DNA of 64,000 nucleotides from Nitrospirota bacterium (GCA_963701855.1 CAVPBK010000009.1:384001-448000), one strand, 5' to 3'; shown: positions 8,071-18,530, counted from the first letter of the stretch. A program made the numbers and translations. The notes: generated by a model not told the origin, from the sequence alone.

Positions 8071-11000
8071 CCCGCGCTTCGCTCAAAAATCCATACGCCG
8101 TCATCGCGATCAGCCTCATTGTTATCATTCTAGGCGTCGTCTCCTACCAGAAAATGGTGGTGGACATCTTCCCGGAGATCAACATGCCGGTCGTGGCGGT
8201 GGCCACGTTCTATAAAGGCATGGGGCCGTCGGAGGTCGAAGGCGCCATCACATTGCGACTGGAGCAAGCTTTTCTTCAGGCCTCTTACATCGACCACATC
8301 GAGTCTCGTTCCTTGCCCGGTGTCAGTCTCATCAAGATTTACTTCCATTCCTCCTATGACGTAAACGCTGGGCTGGCCGAAATCACCAGCCTCACCTATG
8401 CGAACCTGAAATTTCTGCCGCAAGGGATCTTTCCCCCGATCATCATCAAGTTCGGGGCTGCCAGCTTGCCTATTGCCATCCAGACGACCAGCAGCGAGAC
8501 GATGACGGAGAAGGAAGTGCGGGACCTCGCGTATTTCAACGTACGTCCGCAACTGGGTGGCGTACCAGGAGTCGCGTTCCCAACCACGTTCGGAGGGACG
8601 GTTCGCCAAGTCACGATCTTTCTCGATCCCGAACGCATGCTGGCTCGTGGTGTTTCCACTCACGAGATTGTAAATTCGGTGAACATGCAGAGCGTCCTCC
8701 TGCCGGCTGGGGACGTGAAAATCGGCGACTTCGATTACAACGTCTACACGAATAGCATGATCAAGGTCGTGGACCAAATGAACGACATTCCCATCAAGAT
8801 GGTGAACGGAGTGCCGTTGTTCTTGCGAGATGTGGGGAAAGCCGTGGACTCCACGATGATCCAGACCAACGTAGTACGGATCAATGGCAATAGGGCTGTC
8901 TATCTTCCTATTCTGAAGCAGGCCGGAGCCAACACCATAGCCGTCATCGATGGGATCAAGGAGGTCCTGCCTAAACTGATCAATATTCCGAAGGACCTGG
9001 CGATCAAGTTGTTGTTCGATCAGTCCCTCTATATCCGCCAGGCCATCAAAACACTGGAGCATGAAGGGCTTCTTGGGGGAGGGCTCGCCTGTCTGATGGT
9101 CCTGCTGTTCCTTGGGAGCCTGCGCTCAACCCTCATAGTCGCCATGGCGATTCCACTGTCCATCACGGCCGCTTTCATTGGTCTCTACTTCACCGGCCAC
9201 TCGGTGAACATCATGACGCTCGGCGGATTGGCACTGGCCGTTGGACGGTTAGTCGATGACGCGATTGTCGTCGTCGAAAACTTTCATCGCCATATGGCGA
9301 TGGGAAAGACTTCTTCCCAAGCGGCGGCTGATGCCGTCAACGAAGTGGCTCTCCCCATGCTCATTATCACCATTACGGTCTTCCTCGTCTTCTTGCCCAT
9401 CGCGTTTTTCACGGGCGTGATCAAGTTTTTGTTCGTGCCGCTTGCTCTCGCAGTGGCCTATGCCATGATGGCTTCCTACGTCGTTGCACTGACCCTGGCC
9501 CCTGTTTCGATGGCACGGTTGCTTCGTGACCATGCAAGCCATGCACAGGGAGGGGCTCCTGCCGTGTATCAAGGACGCTTCACCGCGTTCTGGAATCGCC
9601 TCAACATCTTCGACCCATTTGTTGAACGATACGTGCTCCTCCTGCGCTGGTGCTTGGTTCACAAGGTGATCGTGATTGTCACGGTCACGGCAATCTTCGT
9701 CGGCTCCATGTTCATGGCTCCTCTGATGGCGACGGAGTTCTTCCCGAAAGTAGATGCCGGTTCGTTCGTCCTCAACGTCTCGGTTCCTGAGGGCACACGA
9801 ATTGAAAAAACCGAGGCGATCGTGGCCAGGGTCGAGGGGCTCATTCGGGATGCGATTCCCGCGGCAGAGTTGGATCAGATCGTGTCGAACATCGGAGTTC
9901 CGCAGGGCTGGATGGTGCTCTACACACCGGTGAATGGTCCCCATCAGGCCTTCGTGCTCGTGAGTCTGAAGGATGACCATGATGTCCGCACCGATGACAT
10001 CATCATGAAGTTGCGCCAGTCGTTTCGTCGTGAGTTGCCAGGAGTGAAATTCTCCTTCCAGACTGGCGGGATCGTCAGTGATGTGATCAATGCCGGCTTG
10101 CCCGCGCCAATCGATATCAAAGTGAGCGGTCCCAACATGGGGGATCTTGCGGCAACGGCCAACATGGTTCGGGATCTTGTAGCAGCGATTCCCGGCACGG
10201 CAGATGTACAGGTTCGGCAGGGTATGGACTATCCTGAAATTCATCTCGATATCAATCGAGACAAAGCCTCCTTTGTTGGGCTCAATGAGTCTCAGATCGT
10301 GACGGATTTGGTCACCGGGCTCTCGTCAAATGTTACCTTGAACCCCGGCTATTGGATCGATCCCCGGACAAATAATGCCTATTTTGTCGTGACCCAATTT
10401 CCTGAGCAGATCTTGCTGGAGTTCGATGATTTTCTGAACATGCCGCTCGTAGGGACATATGTAGACAAGCCGATGTCGGTCAGTGCCGGTGGTACCAGGC
10501 TCAGGGGCAGTTCATTGGTGCTCACCCAAACACCCTTTCCAGAACAAGTTCGCTTGCCAGGTGTGATCTCGACCGGGGGGAGCCCCGTCCTCCTGCGAGA
10601 TCTGGTGGATGTCGTTCGAAAAGTCGGTCCTGAGACCGTCGATCACTTCAACTTGCAGCGAACGATGGACGTGCTTGTCAGCGTCCCTGGTAACGATCTG
10701 GGGCATATCGCGACTCAGATCGAACAGTCCGTGGCGAAGCTCAAGATTCCGAAGGATGTGGTGCTGACCTTCAAGGGGGAAGTGGACAGTATGCGCGCGG
10801 CGATTTCTGGATTTGCCTGGAATCTGCCGATGGCGATGGTATTGATCTATTTGGTGATGGTGGGGCTGTTTCGTTCCTGGCTCGATCCCTTTGTGGTCAT
10901 GTTTGCCGTCCCGTTGGGATTTATCGGGGTAATCTGGATGTTGCTGCTGACCCATACCTCGGTCAATGTGGAATCGATGATCGGCACCCTGATGATGATC

Positions 11001-11333
11001 GGGATCGTCGTATCTAACAGCGTGCTCCTGGTGGATTTCGCGAATAACAAGTTGCGCGAGGGCATGCCGATCGAGGAGGCCGTTGTGGAGGCGGGGCGTC
11101 TCAGAATCAGGCCCATTCTCATGACGTCACTCGCCACGGTGTTTGGGTTAGCACCGATGGCGCTGGGCATCGGGGAGGGAAGCGAGAGCAATATGCCGCT
11201 CGCGCGCGCTGTGATCGGAGGCTTGACGGTCTCGACGTTTATGACATTACTGTTTATTCCGGTTCTGCACGCGATCGCCCGCCGGCGTTCAGCAGCCGGC
11301 CAGACTGAAACTGAAAGAGGCGAGGTTCGCTGA
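8064..11333 (+). CDS. RND efflux transporter permease (AcrB/CusA superfamily)
   Basis: 1089 aa; VDIFPEI, GRLVDDAIVVVEN, EFFPKVDAG, RIRPILMTSLAT and PLARAVIGGL motifs. Confidence 0.95.
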   Translation: MLTRASLKNPYAVIAISLIVIILGVVSYQKMVVDIFPEINMPVVAVATFYKGMGPSEVEGAITLRLEQAFLQASYIDHIESRSLPGVSLIKIYFHSSYDVNAGLAEITSLTYANLKFLPQGIFPPIIIKFGAASLPIAIQTTSSETMTEKEVRDLAYFNVRPQLGGVPGVAFPTTFGGTVRQVTIFLDPERMLARGVSTHEIVNSVNMQSVLLPAGDVKIGDFDYNVYTNSMIKVVDQMNDIPIKMVNGVPLFLRDVGKAVDSTMIQTNVVRINGNRAVYLPILKQAGANTIAVIDGIKEVLPKLINIPKDLAIKLLFDQSLYIRQAIKTLEHEGLLGGGLACLMVLLFLGSLRSTLIVAMAIPLSITAAFIGLYFTGHSVNIMTLGGLALAVGRLVDDAIVVVENFHRHMAMGKTSSQAAADAVNEVALPMLIITITVFLVFLPIAFFTGVIKFLFVPLALAVAYAMMASYVVALTLAPVSMARLLRDHASHAQGGAPAVYQGRFTAFWNRLNIFDPFVERYVLLLRWCLVHKVIVIVTVTAIFVGSMFMAPLMATEFFPKVDAGSFVLNVSVPEGTRIEKTEAIVARVEGLIRDAIPAAELDQIVSNIGVPQGWMVLYTPVNGPHQAFVLVSLKDDHDVRTDDIIMKLRQSFRRELPGVKFSFQTGGIVSDVINAGLPAPIDIKVSGPNMGDLAATANMVRDLVAAIPGTADVQVRQGMDYPEIHLDINRDKASFVGLNESQIVTDLVTGLSSNVTLNPGYWIDPRTNNAYFVVTQFPEQILLEFDDFLNMPLVGTYVDKPMSVSAGGTRLRGSSLVLTQTPFPEQVRLPGVISTGGSPVLLRDLVDVVRKVGPETVDHFNLQRTMDVLVSVPGNDLGHIATQIEQSVAKLKIPKDVVLTFKGEVDSMRAAISGFAWNLPMAMVLIYLVMVGLFRSWLDPFVVMFAVPLGFIGVIWMLLLTHTSVNVESMIGTLMMIGIVVSNSVLLVDFANNKLREGMPIEEAVVEAGRLRIRPILMTSLATVFGLAPMALGIGEGSESNMPLARAVIGGLTVSTFMTLLFIPVLHAIARRRSAAGQTETERGEVR

Positions 11334-11344
11334 ATGGAGTAGTC

Positions 11345-12535
11345 ATGGAGGGATCATGTATGCTTGCTGAGGGAGCTTCGTGGGGGGATATGACACAGAC
11401 GTCGCGGGTCAAAATCGTCCTAATGGTTGCCGCGGGGCTCTTTCTTCTTGCGGCAGCCTTGATGATAATCCAGGGCCAGTACCCGACAGTGTCCGCACCC
11501 AATACAGATCGGGACTCGGCTCAGTCTTCTGCCCACCAGGTCCAAGTATTGAAAGTGCAACGGCGCGACATTAGCCAGACCCTGACTCTGCCGGCAAATA
11601 TCTCTCCTTGGTACCAAGCCACATTGTACGGAAAGGTCTCTGGCTATGTTAAATGGATCGGCTTCGACAAGGGCGATGTCGTGAAGCAGGGGCAGTTGCT
11701 GGCCGTATTAGATGCGCCCGAGATCGAAGACCAATACAAGCAGGCTGATGCCGATTACCAAATCAAGAAAGTCACGTATGAGCGGTACCTGAGCGTCTGG
11801 CAGGATAATCACGATATCATCGCCAAGCAGGATGTGGATGTGGCCAAAGCCGCGGCTGAATCGGCGAAACATCAGCGAGACAGCCGCCGCACCTTACTGG
11901 AGTACACCAAAGTCTATGCTCCGTTTCCAGGCGTGATCACGGCTCGGTTTGCTGATCCAGGCGCACTCATCCAGTCGGCGACCGGTTCGGCAACGCAAGC
12001 GGCGCCGCTGTTCACGATCATGGATATGGATAGCGTCAGGATCTATGTGAATGCCCCGCAGGAAGCTGCACAGTTGGCGAAACCAGGGCTTCCCGTGACG
12101 ATGACCGCACGTGAATGGTCTGAAGAATTGCAGGCTTCGATCACTCGGACCACCGAGGCCCTGGATCCAGCCACCAGAACATTGCTGGTCGAAATCGATG
12201 TGCCGAACAAAGACCATCGGCTGCAGCCTGGGATGTTCGTCAAGGTGGCGCTCCATCTGCAGCAACATCCGAACGCACTGGCGATTTCTCCCGCCTCCGT
12301 TGTTCCGAGCAAAAACGGACAGGAGAAATCTGTGTTCGTAATCGATTCCGGCAAGGCCAAACTCGTTCCCGTGAAAGCCGGCATTGATGACGGGATCTGG
12401 GTGGAAGTGGTGGAAGGACTGACCGGCGAAGAAGAAGTGGTCGTCGTCGGCAAAAACGGGTTGGTCGATGGGCAGACGGTTCAATCGTCCCCTTACAACC
12501 TTCCAAACGGCAAAGCAGCCAAGCAGAAAATGTAA
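11345..12535 (+). CDS. RND periplasmic adaptor (membrane fusion protein)
   Basis: N-terminal TM; KVSGYV...GDVVKQGQLLA lipoyl-like half; APFPGVIT; LDPATRTLLVE; LQPGMF. Start uncertain. Confidence 0.92.
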   Translation: MEGSCMLAEGASWGDMTQTSRVKIVLMVAAGLFLLAAALMIIQGQYPTVSAPNTDRDSAQSSAHQVQVLKVQRRDISQTLTLPANISPWYQATLYGKVSGYVKWIGFDKGDVVKQGQLLAVLDAPEIEDQYKQADADYQIKKVTYERYLSVWQDNHDIIAKQDVDVAKAAAESAKHQRDSRRTLLEYTKVYAPFPGVITARFADPGALIQSATGSATQAAPLFTIMDMDSVRIYVNAPQEAAQLAKPGLPVTMTAREWSEELQASITRTTEALDPATRTLLVEIDVPNKDHRLQPGMFVKVALHLQQHPNALAISPASVVPSKNGQEKSVFVIDSGKAKLVPVKAGIDDGIWVEVVEGLTGEEEVVVVGKNGLVDGQTVQSSPYNLPNGKAAKQKM

Positions 12536-12581
12536 CATTCACAGAGGGAACGGTCGAGACGTTTTCCGGAGGCGACCCCTC

Positions 12582-14003
12582 ATGCAACAGTCCATCACCA
12601 AAATTTTAATTATCGCACTTATTGCGGGCAGCTCCCATGTCGGTCTCGCACAATCAAGGGAACAGTCGCCATCGGCGGAACCAACTGTATCTCGTCCTGC
12701 CGTAAAACCTGCCGGCTCTCTGCTGCCGCTCGATGAAGCCATCAAAACCGGTCTTGCCACCCATCCGCTGATCGAGCGTTCGCGCTATAGCTTACTCCTT
12801 ACAAAGGCTCTGACCCGTCAAACGCAAGGTGAACGCTATCCCTGGCTTGAAGCCTCCCTCGCCGGAAGCAGCGGTTCTATGCGCATTGTGACAACTGATG
12901 GCAAAGCGATTCACGATCGTGGTGGGCATGGGTTCGATCCGGGCGGCGCGCTCGCGCATCATAACCAGAACATGTTGTCCGGCGGGTTCATGCTCAATCA
13001 ATTGATCTCGGATTTTGGCTACACCGCTCATCGCATTCTCGCAACCGAGGCCAATGAAGCAGCCAGTGAAAAAGAAATTCTGACGAACAAAGCCTTCGTC
13101 ATCCTCAATGTTCAAAGGGCCTATCTCAACTGTTTGCTTCAGAAGAGTTTGGTGACGATCGCGGCTGAGACGGTCAAGCAGCGGCAAGCCGTCCGTGATC
13201 AAGTGCAGGCGCTGTATAAACATCAACTCAAATCGAAAGTCGATCTGGACTTGATGTTGGTGGAAGTCTCGAATGCTGAGCTCTCGCTGATCAAAGCGAA
13301 GAATGAGATCAAACAGTCTTTTGCTGCCTTGAACAACGCGATGGGCATCGAAGGCCCGGACCAGTACGAACTGGAACAAATCCCTATTCGCGTGACTCCA
13401 AGCCAAGCGGTCGACACATTGGTTGCCACCGGGCTCAGCGACCGGCCAGAGCTCCTAGGCAATCGGGACCGTCTGGTCGCCACCGAAGAATTGCTCAAGG
13501 CGGTCAAGGCCTTGAATTTTGGTTCCCTCTCTGCCGTCGGCTCGATCGGCATGACCAAATACGGCGATGTGCATGATAGTGGCATTCCTTCCGATGGCGT
13601 AGCCCCGTTTTGGGGGTATGGCGCCACGATGAAGTTCCCTCTCTTCACAGGATTCAGGATTCAGAGTCAAATCAAAGAGGCCAGCTACCGCAAAGGGGAA
13701 ACGGAAGAAGAACTCCAGAGCCTCGCGAATGAGATCGTCTTGCAGATTGTTCGGGCCTATCTCACCAAGACGACGAATGCCGAGCAAATCGCACTCGAGC
13801 AGGAGCGCGTGACCTTTTCGAAAGAGGCGTTGCTGCTGTCACAAGAGCGCTACCGCCTTGGCTTGAGCCCGATCGTAGAGGTCATCCGCGCGACGGCCGT
13901 GTTGTTCGAATCCGAATCTCGCTTGGCGGAAGCCCGGTATATCTATAAAACCAGTGAGTCAGTGGTCGCCTATGCTACAGGCCAAGAGTACAAACGCTTC
14001 TAG
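12582..14003 (+). CDS. TolC-family outer membrane factor 1
   Basis: Signal peptide; LDEAIKTGLATHP, QLISDFG, PLFTGFR and ERYRLGLS motifs; GGAGG RBS. Confidence 0.9.
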   Translation: MQQSITKILIIALIAGSSHVGLAQSREQSPSAEPTVSRPAVKPAGSLLPLDEAIKTGLATHPLIERSRYSLLLTKALTRQTQGERYPWLEASLAGSSGSMRIVTTDGKAIHDRGGHGFDPGGALAHHNQNMLSGGFMLNQLISDFGYTAHRILATEANEAASEKEILTNKAFVILNVQRAYLNCLLQKSLVTIAAETVKQRQAVRDQVQALYKHQLKSKVDLDLMLVEVSNAELSLIKAKNEIKQSFAALNNAMGIEGPDQYELEQIPIRVTPSQAVDTLVATGLSDRPELLGNRDRLVATEELLKAVKALNFGSLSAVGSIGMTKYGDVHDSGIPSDGVAPFWGYGATMKFPLFTGFRIQSQIKEASYRKGETEEELQSLANEIVLQIVRAYLTKTTNAEQIALEQERVTFSKEALLLSQERYRLGLSPIVEVIRATAVLFESESRLAEARYIYKTSESVVAYATGQEYKRF

Positions 14004-15360
14004 ATGCCTGGCCTGTGTGCTGGTCATCATTACGTGGGGGGTGAACACTTCGCTCGCCGCGGAGCAGATGTCACCCCGTCCCATGTCTGCGGCCGGCACT
14101 CCATTGAGCTGGGAGCAGGCGATTCGAACAGCACTTGAGAAACAGCCGCTCATCAAAATGGCGGAGCATGAGGCCCTGGAATCCCATGCCCTGGTCAAGC
14201 AGATCGAATCAGCCAATTATCCACAAGTAAGCGGCATTGTCTCAAGTACTGCCGGAAACACCAGAGTCCTGGGCAACCTCGGGATCTCAGGCTCACTGCC
14301 AAAACCCACCAACTACCTGACGACTCCCGGCATTCGCGCAGATTACCTCATCACGGACTTCGGTCAGACGGCTCATCGAATTCTCTCTCAGAAGTCGCTC
14401 GCAGCGTCCGCCGAGAAAGCCGTGTTGACTGCCAAAGCACTCACTATCTTGAGCGTGGAGCAGGCCTATCTCAATTGCCTGAAGCAGCAGCGGCTCGTGG
14501 ACATCTCCCGCGAAGTCTTGAATGAACGCGAGTTGATCCGACAACAGACGGAGACGTTCTACCGACGGCAATTGCGATCCAAGTTGGACTTGGATTTTGC
14601 ATCGGTCGAGGCTAATCGGGCAGAAGTGCTGTTGATCAAGGCTCAGAACAACCTTGTATTGGCATTTGCCGCACTGAATACTGCCATGGGTCTGCAGGGT
14701 CCCGGGGACTACCTCTTGGAACAGGCGGTCCTCGTAGTCACGTCTAGCGCAAGTCCTGAATCACTGGTTCAGGACGCGCTGAATCAGCGACCGGAGTTGC
14801 TCGGAAGCAAAGACCGTATACAGGCGGCGGAAGAGGCGCTGCAGGCAGCCAAGGCCCTTCGCTTCGGATCGGTGACCGGGATCGGCACCATGGCCTACAC
14901 CTGGTGGGGCCATGAGGAACGACCCAGCGGAAAAGACGTCAGCAATCCCGGCGCAAAACTGGGATGGTACGGACTTGGCGGGACCAGTTCATTCCCCTTA
15001 TATACCGGCGGCCGCATTGAAGGCCAAATCGAAGAGGCCGATGCCCGGAAAGGCGAGACCCAGGCCACCACTCGATCGATCACCAACGATATCGTGCTGC
15101 AAGTCGCGCAAGCCTATCTCAGCCGGCTGACCGCCGAACAGCAGATTAAGGTTTCGGAAGAGAAGGTCGCCCACGCGCGCGAAGCACTGACCCTCGCTCG
15201 CGAGCGGTACAAAGCCAGCCTGGGCTCTATCCTCGATGTGACGACCGCGACGACCGATCTCTTGAGCGCCGAGGTTGGGCTCGCAGATGCACAGTATGAC
15301 TATCGAGCCAGTGAAGCCGCGCTCGCTTACGCGACAGGAGTTGAATATGCGCGATATTGA
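13972..15360 (+). CDS. TolC-family outer membrane factor 2
   Basis: LSWEQAIRTAL, LITDFG, PLYTGGR and ERYKASLGS motifs; paralogous to both neighbours; start uncertain (13954 or 13972), overlapping the end of OMF1. Confidence 0.9.
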   Translation: MLQAKSTNASRCLACVLVIITWGVNTSLAAEQMSPRPMSAAGTPLSWEQAIRTALEKQPLIKMAEHEALESHALVKQIESANYPQVSGIVSSTAGNTRVLGNLGISGSLPKPTNYLTTPGIRADYLITDFGQTAHRILSQKSLAASAEKAVLTAKALTILSVEQAYLNCLKQQRLVDISREVLNERELIRQQTETFYRRQLRSKLDLDFASVEANRAEVLLIKAQNNLVLAFAALNTAMGLQGPGDYLLEQAVLVVTSSASPESLVQDALNQRPELLGSKDRIQAAEEALQAAKALRFGSVTGIGTMAYTWWGHEERPSGKDVSNPGAKLGWYGLGGTSSFPLYTGGRIEGQIEEADARKGETQATTRSITNDIVLQVAQAYLSRLTAEQQIKVSEEKVAHAREALTLARERYKASLGSILDVTTATTDLLSAEVGLADAQYDYRASEAALAYATGVEYARY

Positions 15361-16786
15361 CTCCACGCGATGGCAGATCGCACGTCGGTTCTCTTGGTGT
15401 CTATGGTGCGTGCTGGTCTTTGCTCTTGTATCCGGCGGAACCTGCTGGTCGGCGGAGCGTGCTTCTGAGGGCCCTGCACAGCCGCTCGCGTACCCGCCAT
15501 CGCCGCATGTTCCTTTATCGAAGGGAGCCTTTCTGGGATACGAGTCCGCGATTCGCATCAGTCTTGATCGTCATCCGCTGCTTCGTCGATCGAAGCAGAC
15601 TGCTCTCGCCGCGGAGGCAGTCACGGATCAGGCGGCGGCTCGCTACTACCCGGAATTGAATGCCTATGCGATTCAGACCGGAGGGACCGTTCGTCCGCTC
15701 AGCGCGTTCAACGTGGGTGGGGCACAGAATAAGCCGACCTCCTACGTGGAAAGTGCGGGATTTCGGGCGGACCAGCTGATTTACGATTTCGGTCAAACTG
15801 CGCACAAAGTGCTGGCGGAGCGGGCTGGCCAGGAGGCGACTGAAAAAGATATCCAGACACACAAGGCGACGGTGATTCTGAGGGTGCAACAAGCCTATAT
15901 CCACTGCCTCCGACAAAAGCGCCTCATCGACATTGCAGAAGAAACCGTGCGGGAACGTGGAGTCCTGCGTGACCAAGTAGCAACTTTGTATAAGCGGGAG
16001 TTGAAGTCCAAACTCGACTTCGACTTCATGTCGGTCGAGCTCAGGAATGCCGAGATTCAGTTGCTCCAAGCCAAGAACGAACTCCGGGCTGCGTTCGCAG
16101 GACTCAACAACGCCATGGGAATCCGGGGCTCAGAAGACTACACCTTGGAGGATCTCCCTACCGCCTCTTCGTCGTCGAGCACACTGGAAACACTGATCAC
16201 TCAGGCACTGGGGGATCGCCCGGAATTACTCGCCACAGAGGATCGGATCACACAGGCGGATGAACGACTCAGTTCGGCCCACGCCTCGAACCTTCCCACG
16301 ATCGCAGCCCAAGGAATGTCGGGCGTTATCCACTTCAGTGATGCCCCGCTGAACCAATATGCCGGTTCACATCCAGGGCAAACCAATCTGTGGTGGGGTG
16401 CAGGAGCCATGGTCTCCATGCCCATATTTACTGGATTTCTGATCGAGAACCGCGTGGCTGAAGCGCGACAACAAAAGTACAAGGCTGAGCAGCGGAAGGT
16501 CGATCTGTCAAACAGAATTGCGTTGGAGGTGATGGAGGCCTACCTGACACTGCAAACGGCCCGGCAACAGATTACCGTCGAGGAGAAGGAAGTTGAGTCA
16601 GCACGCAGTGCGCTCACCTTGGCCAAGGAACGATATCGGCTGGGGCTGTCTTCCATTGTCGATGTCACCACGGCGACCACGGCTCTTTTGCTGTCTGAAG
16701 TTCGACTGTCCGAAGCACGATATGCCGTTCAGGTTGGCATCGCGGCCGTTGCCTTCGCCACCGGGATAGGGTATCAGCAGTTTTGA
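15347..16786 (+). CDS. TolC-family outer membrane factor 3
   Basis: AGGAG RBS inside the 3' end of OMF2; QLIYDFG, PIFTGF and ERYRLGLSS motifs. Confidence 0.9.
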   Translation: MRDIDSTRWQIARRFSWCLWCVLVFALVSGGTCWSAERASEGPAQPLAYPPSPHVPLSKGAFLGYESAIRISLDRHPLLRRSKQTALAAEAVTDQAAARYYPELNAYAIQTGGTVRPLSAFNVGGAQNKPTSYVESAGFRADQLIYDFGQTAHKVLAERAGQEATEKDIQTHKATVILRVQQAYIHCLRQKRLIDIAEETVRERGVLRDQVATLYKRELKSKLDFDFMSVELRNAEIQLLQAKNELRAAFAGLNNAMGIRGSEDYTLEDLPTASSSSSTLETLITQALGDRPELLATEDRITQADERLSSAHASNLPTIAAQGMSGVIHFSDAPLNQYAGSHPGQTNLWWGAGAMVSMPIFTGFLIENRVAEARQQKYKAEQRKVDLSNRIALEVMEAYLTLQTARQQITVEEKEVESARSALTLAKERYRLGLSSIVDVTTATTALLLSEVRLSEARYAVQVGIAAVAFATGIGYQQF

Positions 16787-16891
16787 CCAGCGAGTCCAGC
16801 TGGGTGATTCACCAAGTTCGTACAAGCCGAACATGAACATAGAGAATCAACCGTACCCACCTTGTTATGAGCATCCTGGTGCTGGGATGAC

Positions 16892-17537
16892 GTGTCTATG
16901 GGGAGCGAGAAGCCGGTGAACTGGATAGGCGACCGGTTGAATGCAAGCATCTCGCGCATTATGGGCGTGTTAGGTGGAGTTGTGGTGACCGGCATTGTGC
17001 TGGTCCTTCTGGCCATCGCATCGGTGAACGTAGTTGATACCCTCGTGATTGAGCGGGCCGCCGCGCAAGACCGTCTGGATGCGTTTCTGCGAGCGGCAAC
17101 AGCCATAAGCCGCATCGTTGGAAACACAGGCGGCGATCTTCGCGACGTGCAAGCCGTGAACACGGCCTTCGTGGACATCATGGAGTTGCGTCCCGGCCTC
17201 CGGCATCTGAGTGTCTACGATGTCTCGGGTGATCCCGGCCCGCTGGTCACGAGCACAAATCCGAGAGACGCTCCCACGATGTTGAGCGATCAGGATCGGA
17301 TCTCCGTGCGGGCTGGACGGGCCGTGACCAGATTTGACGATGGGCCGGGATGGGGAGATGGTGCCTGGTACGGACCATGGGCTTGGAGGGGGCTATGGAG
17401 GGGCCATGGCGGTACCGTCCGATCTCAAAGTTAAAGCATGGTCAAGAACAGGAAAGAACCTAGACCTTCCGGGCGGGGGATCATGGCAGATTTCTGTGAT
17501 TCGGTACACGGACTTCGAGGAATCCGCATCCACGTGA
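16892..17537 (+). pseudogene. Chimeric remnant: N-terminus of a membrane sensor-like protein joined to the C-terminal part of a lipoprotein paralogue
   Basis: One TM plus a periplasmic-like domain stops near 17340. It is followed by G/W/Y-rich frameshifted sequence (GGGYGGAMAVPSD, VIRYTD) resembling the tails of the 17904 and 19057 proteins. Confidence 0.55.
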
Positions 17538-17564
17538 CGATCGAGAGCGAAGAAGGTGATGAAC

Positions 17565-17840
17565 ATGTCGGCGCCACATAAGTTCGATCTGGTCTATACC
17601 GGGAGCGGGCCGGCCAGCCAGCGATCGGCGATTTCATCGGCGAAGATGGGGAAGCGTATCGCGGTCGTTGAATGGAGACGCTTTTTCGGTGTCCATGCGA
17701 TTGGAACCGGTGCAACCAAGGTCATTCACATAGGGCAAGCGATGCTCGATCTGGATGGCGGGACGAATCATTTTCTGCGCACTGTGTTCAACTACCCGAC
17801 GTTGACCGAGTGCTACAAGGTGGCAGCGCTGGATGCGTCA
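17565..17840 (+). pseudogene. Internally deleted sthA paralogue
   Basis: N-terminal FDLVYTGSGPASQRSAISSAKMGKRIAVVE is joined directly to C-terminal GVHAIGTGATKVIHIGQA...VFNYPTLTECYKVAAL; both match the ends of 20479-21879. Confidence 0.9.
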
Positions 17841-17903
17841 CTACACTGTCGCCGTACCACAGGGGCATCAGGCTTGAACGCGGGAAGGAGTGGTGAGTTC
17901 CAG

Positions 17904-18530
17904 GTGTGTCAGTGTCTAAAACAGCCTCGCGTTGAGGGAGTCTTCTTACTTCTGTCGGTCCTTGCCCTGTGTCTGCTCTTCTCAGGATGCACAAGCGTGG
18001 ACACCATCCTCCTGACCAGCGACAGATTTCCCCCCAAGGAGTCTGCGGATGAAGTCGCCGTGCTGGAAGCGAAACCGACCCGACCTCATCGAGAACTCGC
18101 GGAACTGCGGATCGGCGATAGTTGGCTCAGTTTCGGCAGCTTGCAGCGAAAGATCTTGAATCAGGCCGCCACTCTGGGAGCCGATGCAGTGATCTTTGCC
18201 AAACCGCAAACCGTGACTCTGCACGAGGTGGCGTATCAACCGATGTATGATTCGTGGGGCTACGACAGTCCGTATTATGGAACTCCGTGGGGGTATGGGG
18301 GGTATGGCGGTCCTTTTGGGTCGTGGGGCCCGTGGGGTGGAAGCTACTCCGGCAGCGTCGCGGTTCCGTACGACGAGGTCACAAGAATGTTCATGGGAAC
18401 AGCCATCCGTTATACGGAAGCGACAGACTTTGACGATCGCACACAGTCAGGAGAAGCATGGTTACCGAGAAAAGAACCCATCACCAAGGATTCGTCAGAC
18501 GGAGGGGCCGATGAGCCCGTAGAGAAATAG
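17904..18530 (+). CDS. Putative lipoprotein
   Basis: Lipobox LFSGC; AATLGADAVI; Gly/Tyr/Trp-rich low-complexity tract; GTG start approximate. Confidence 0.75.
   Translation: MCQCLKQPRVEGVFLLLSVLALCLLFSGCTSVDTILLTSDRFPPKESADEVAVLEAKPTRPHRELAELRIGDSWLSFGSLQRKILNQAATLGADAVIFAKPQTVTLHEVAYQPMYDSWGYDSPYYGTPWGYGGYGGPFGSWGPWGGSYSGSVAVPYDEVTRMFMGTAIRYTEATDFDDRTQSGEAWLPRKEPITKDSSDGGADEPVEK

Noticed and set aside
8130..10955. Long antisense ORFs (310, 331 and 147 aa) opposite the RND gene
   Set aside because: Shadow frames of a GC-rich coding strand with no recognisable motifs; the same applies to those opposite tex, the cyclase and the hyf genes.
17556..18530. 324-aa ORF as a genuine SthA-lipoprotein fusion
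   Set aside because: The SthA part lacks nearly all of the FAD/NAD domains and the lipobox is internal; a deletion remnant in frame with a separate gene explains it better.
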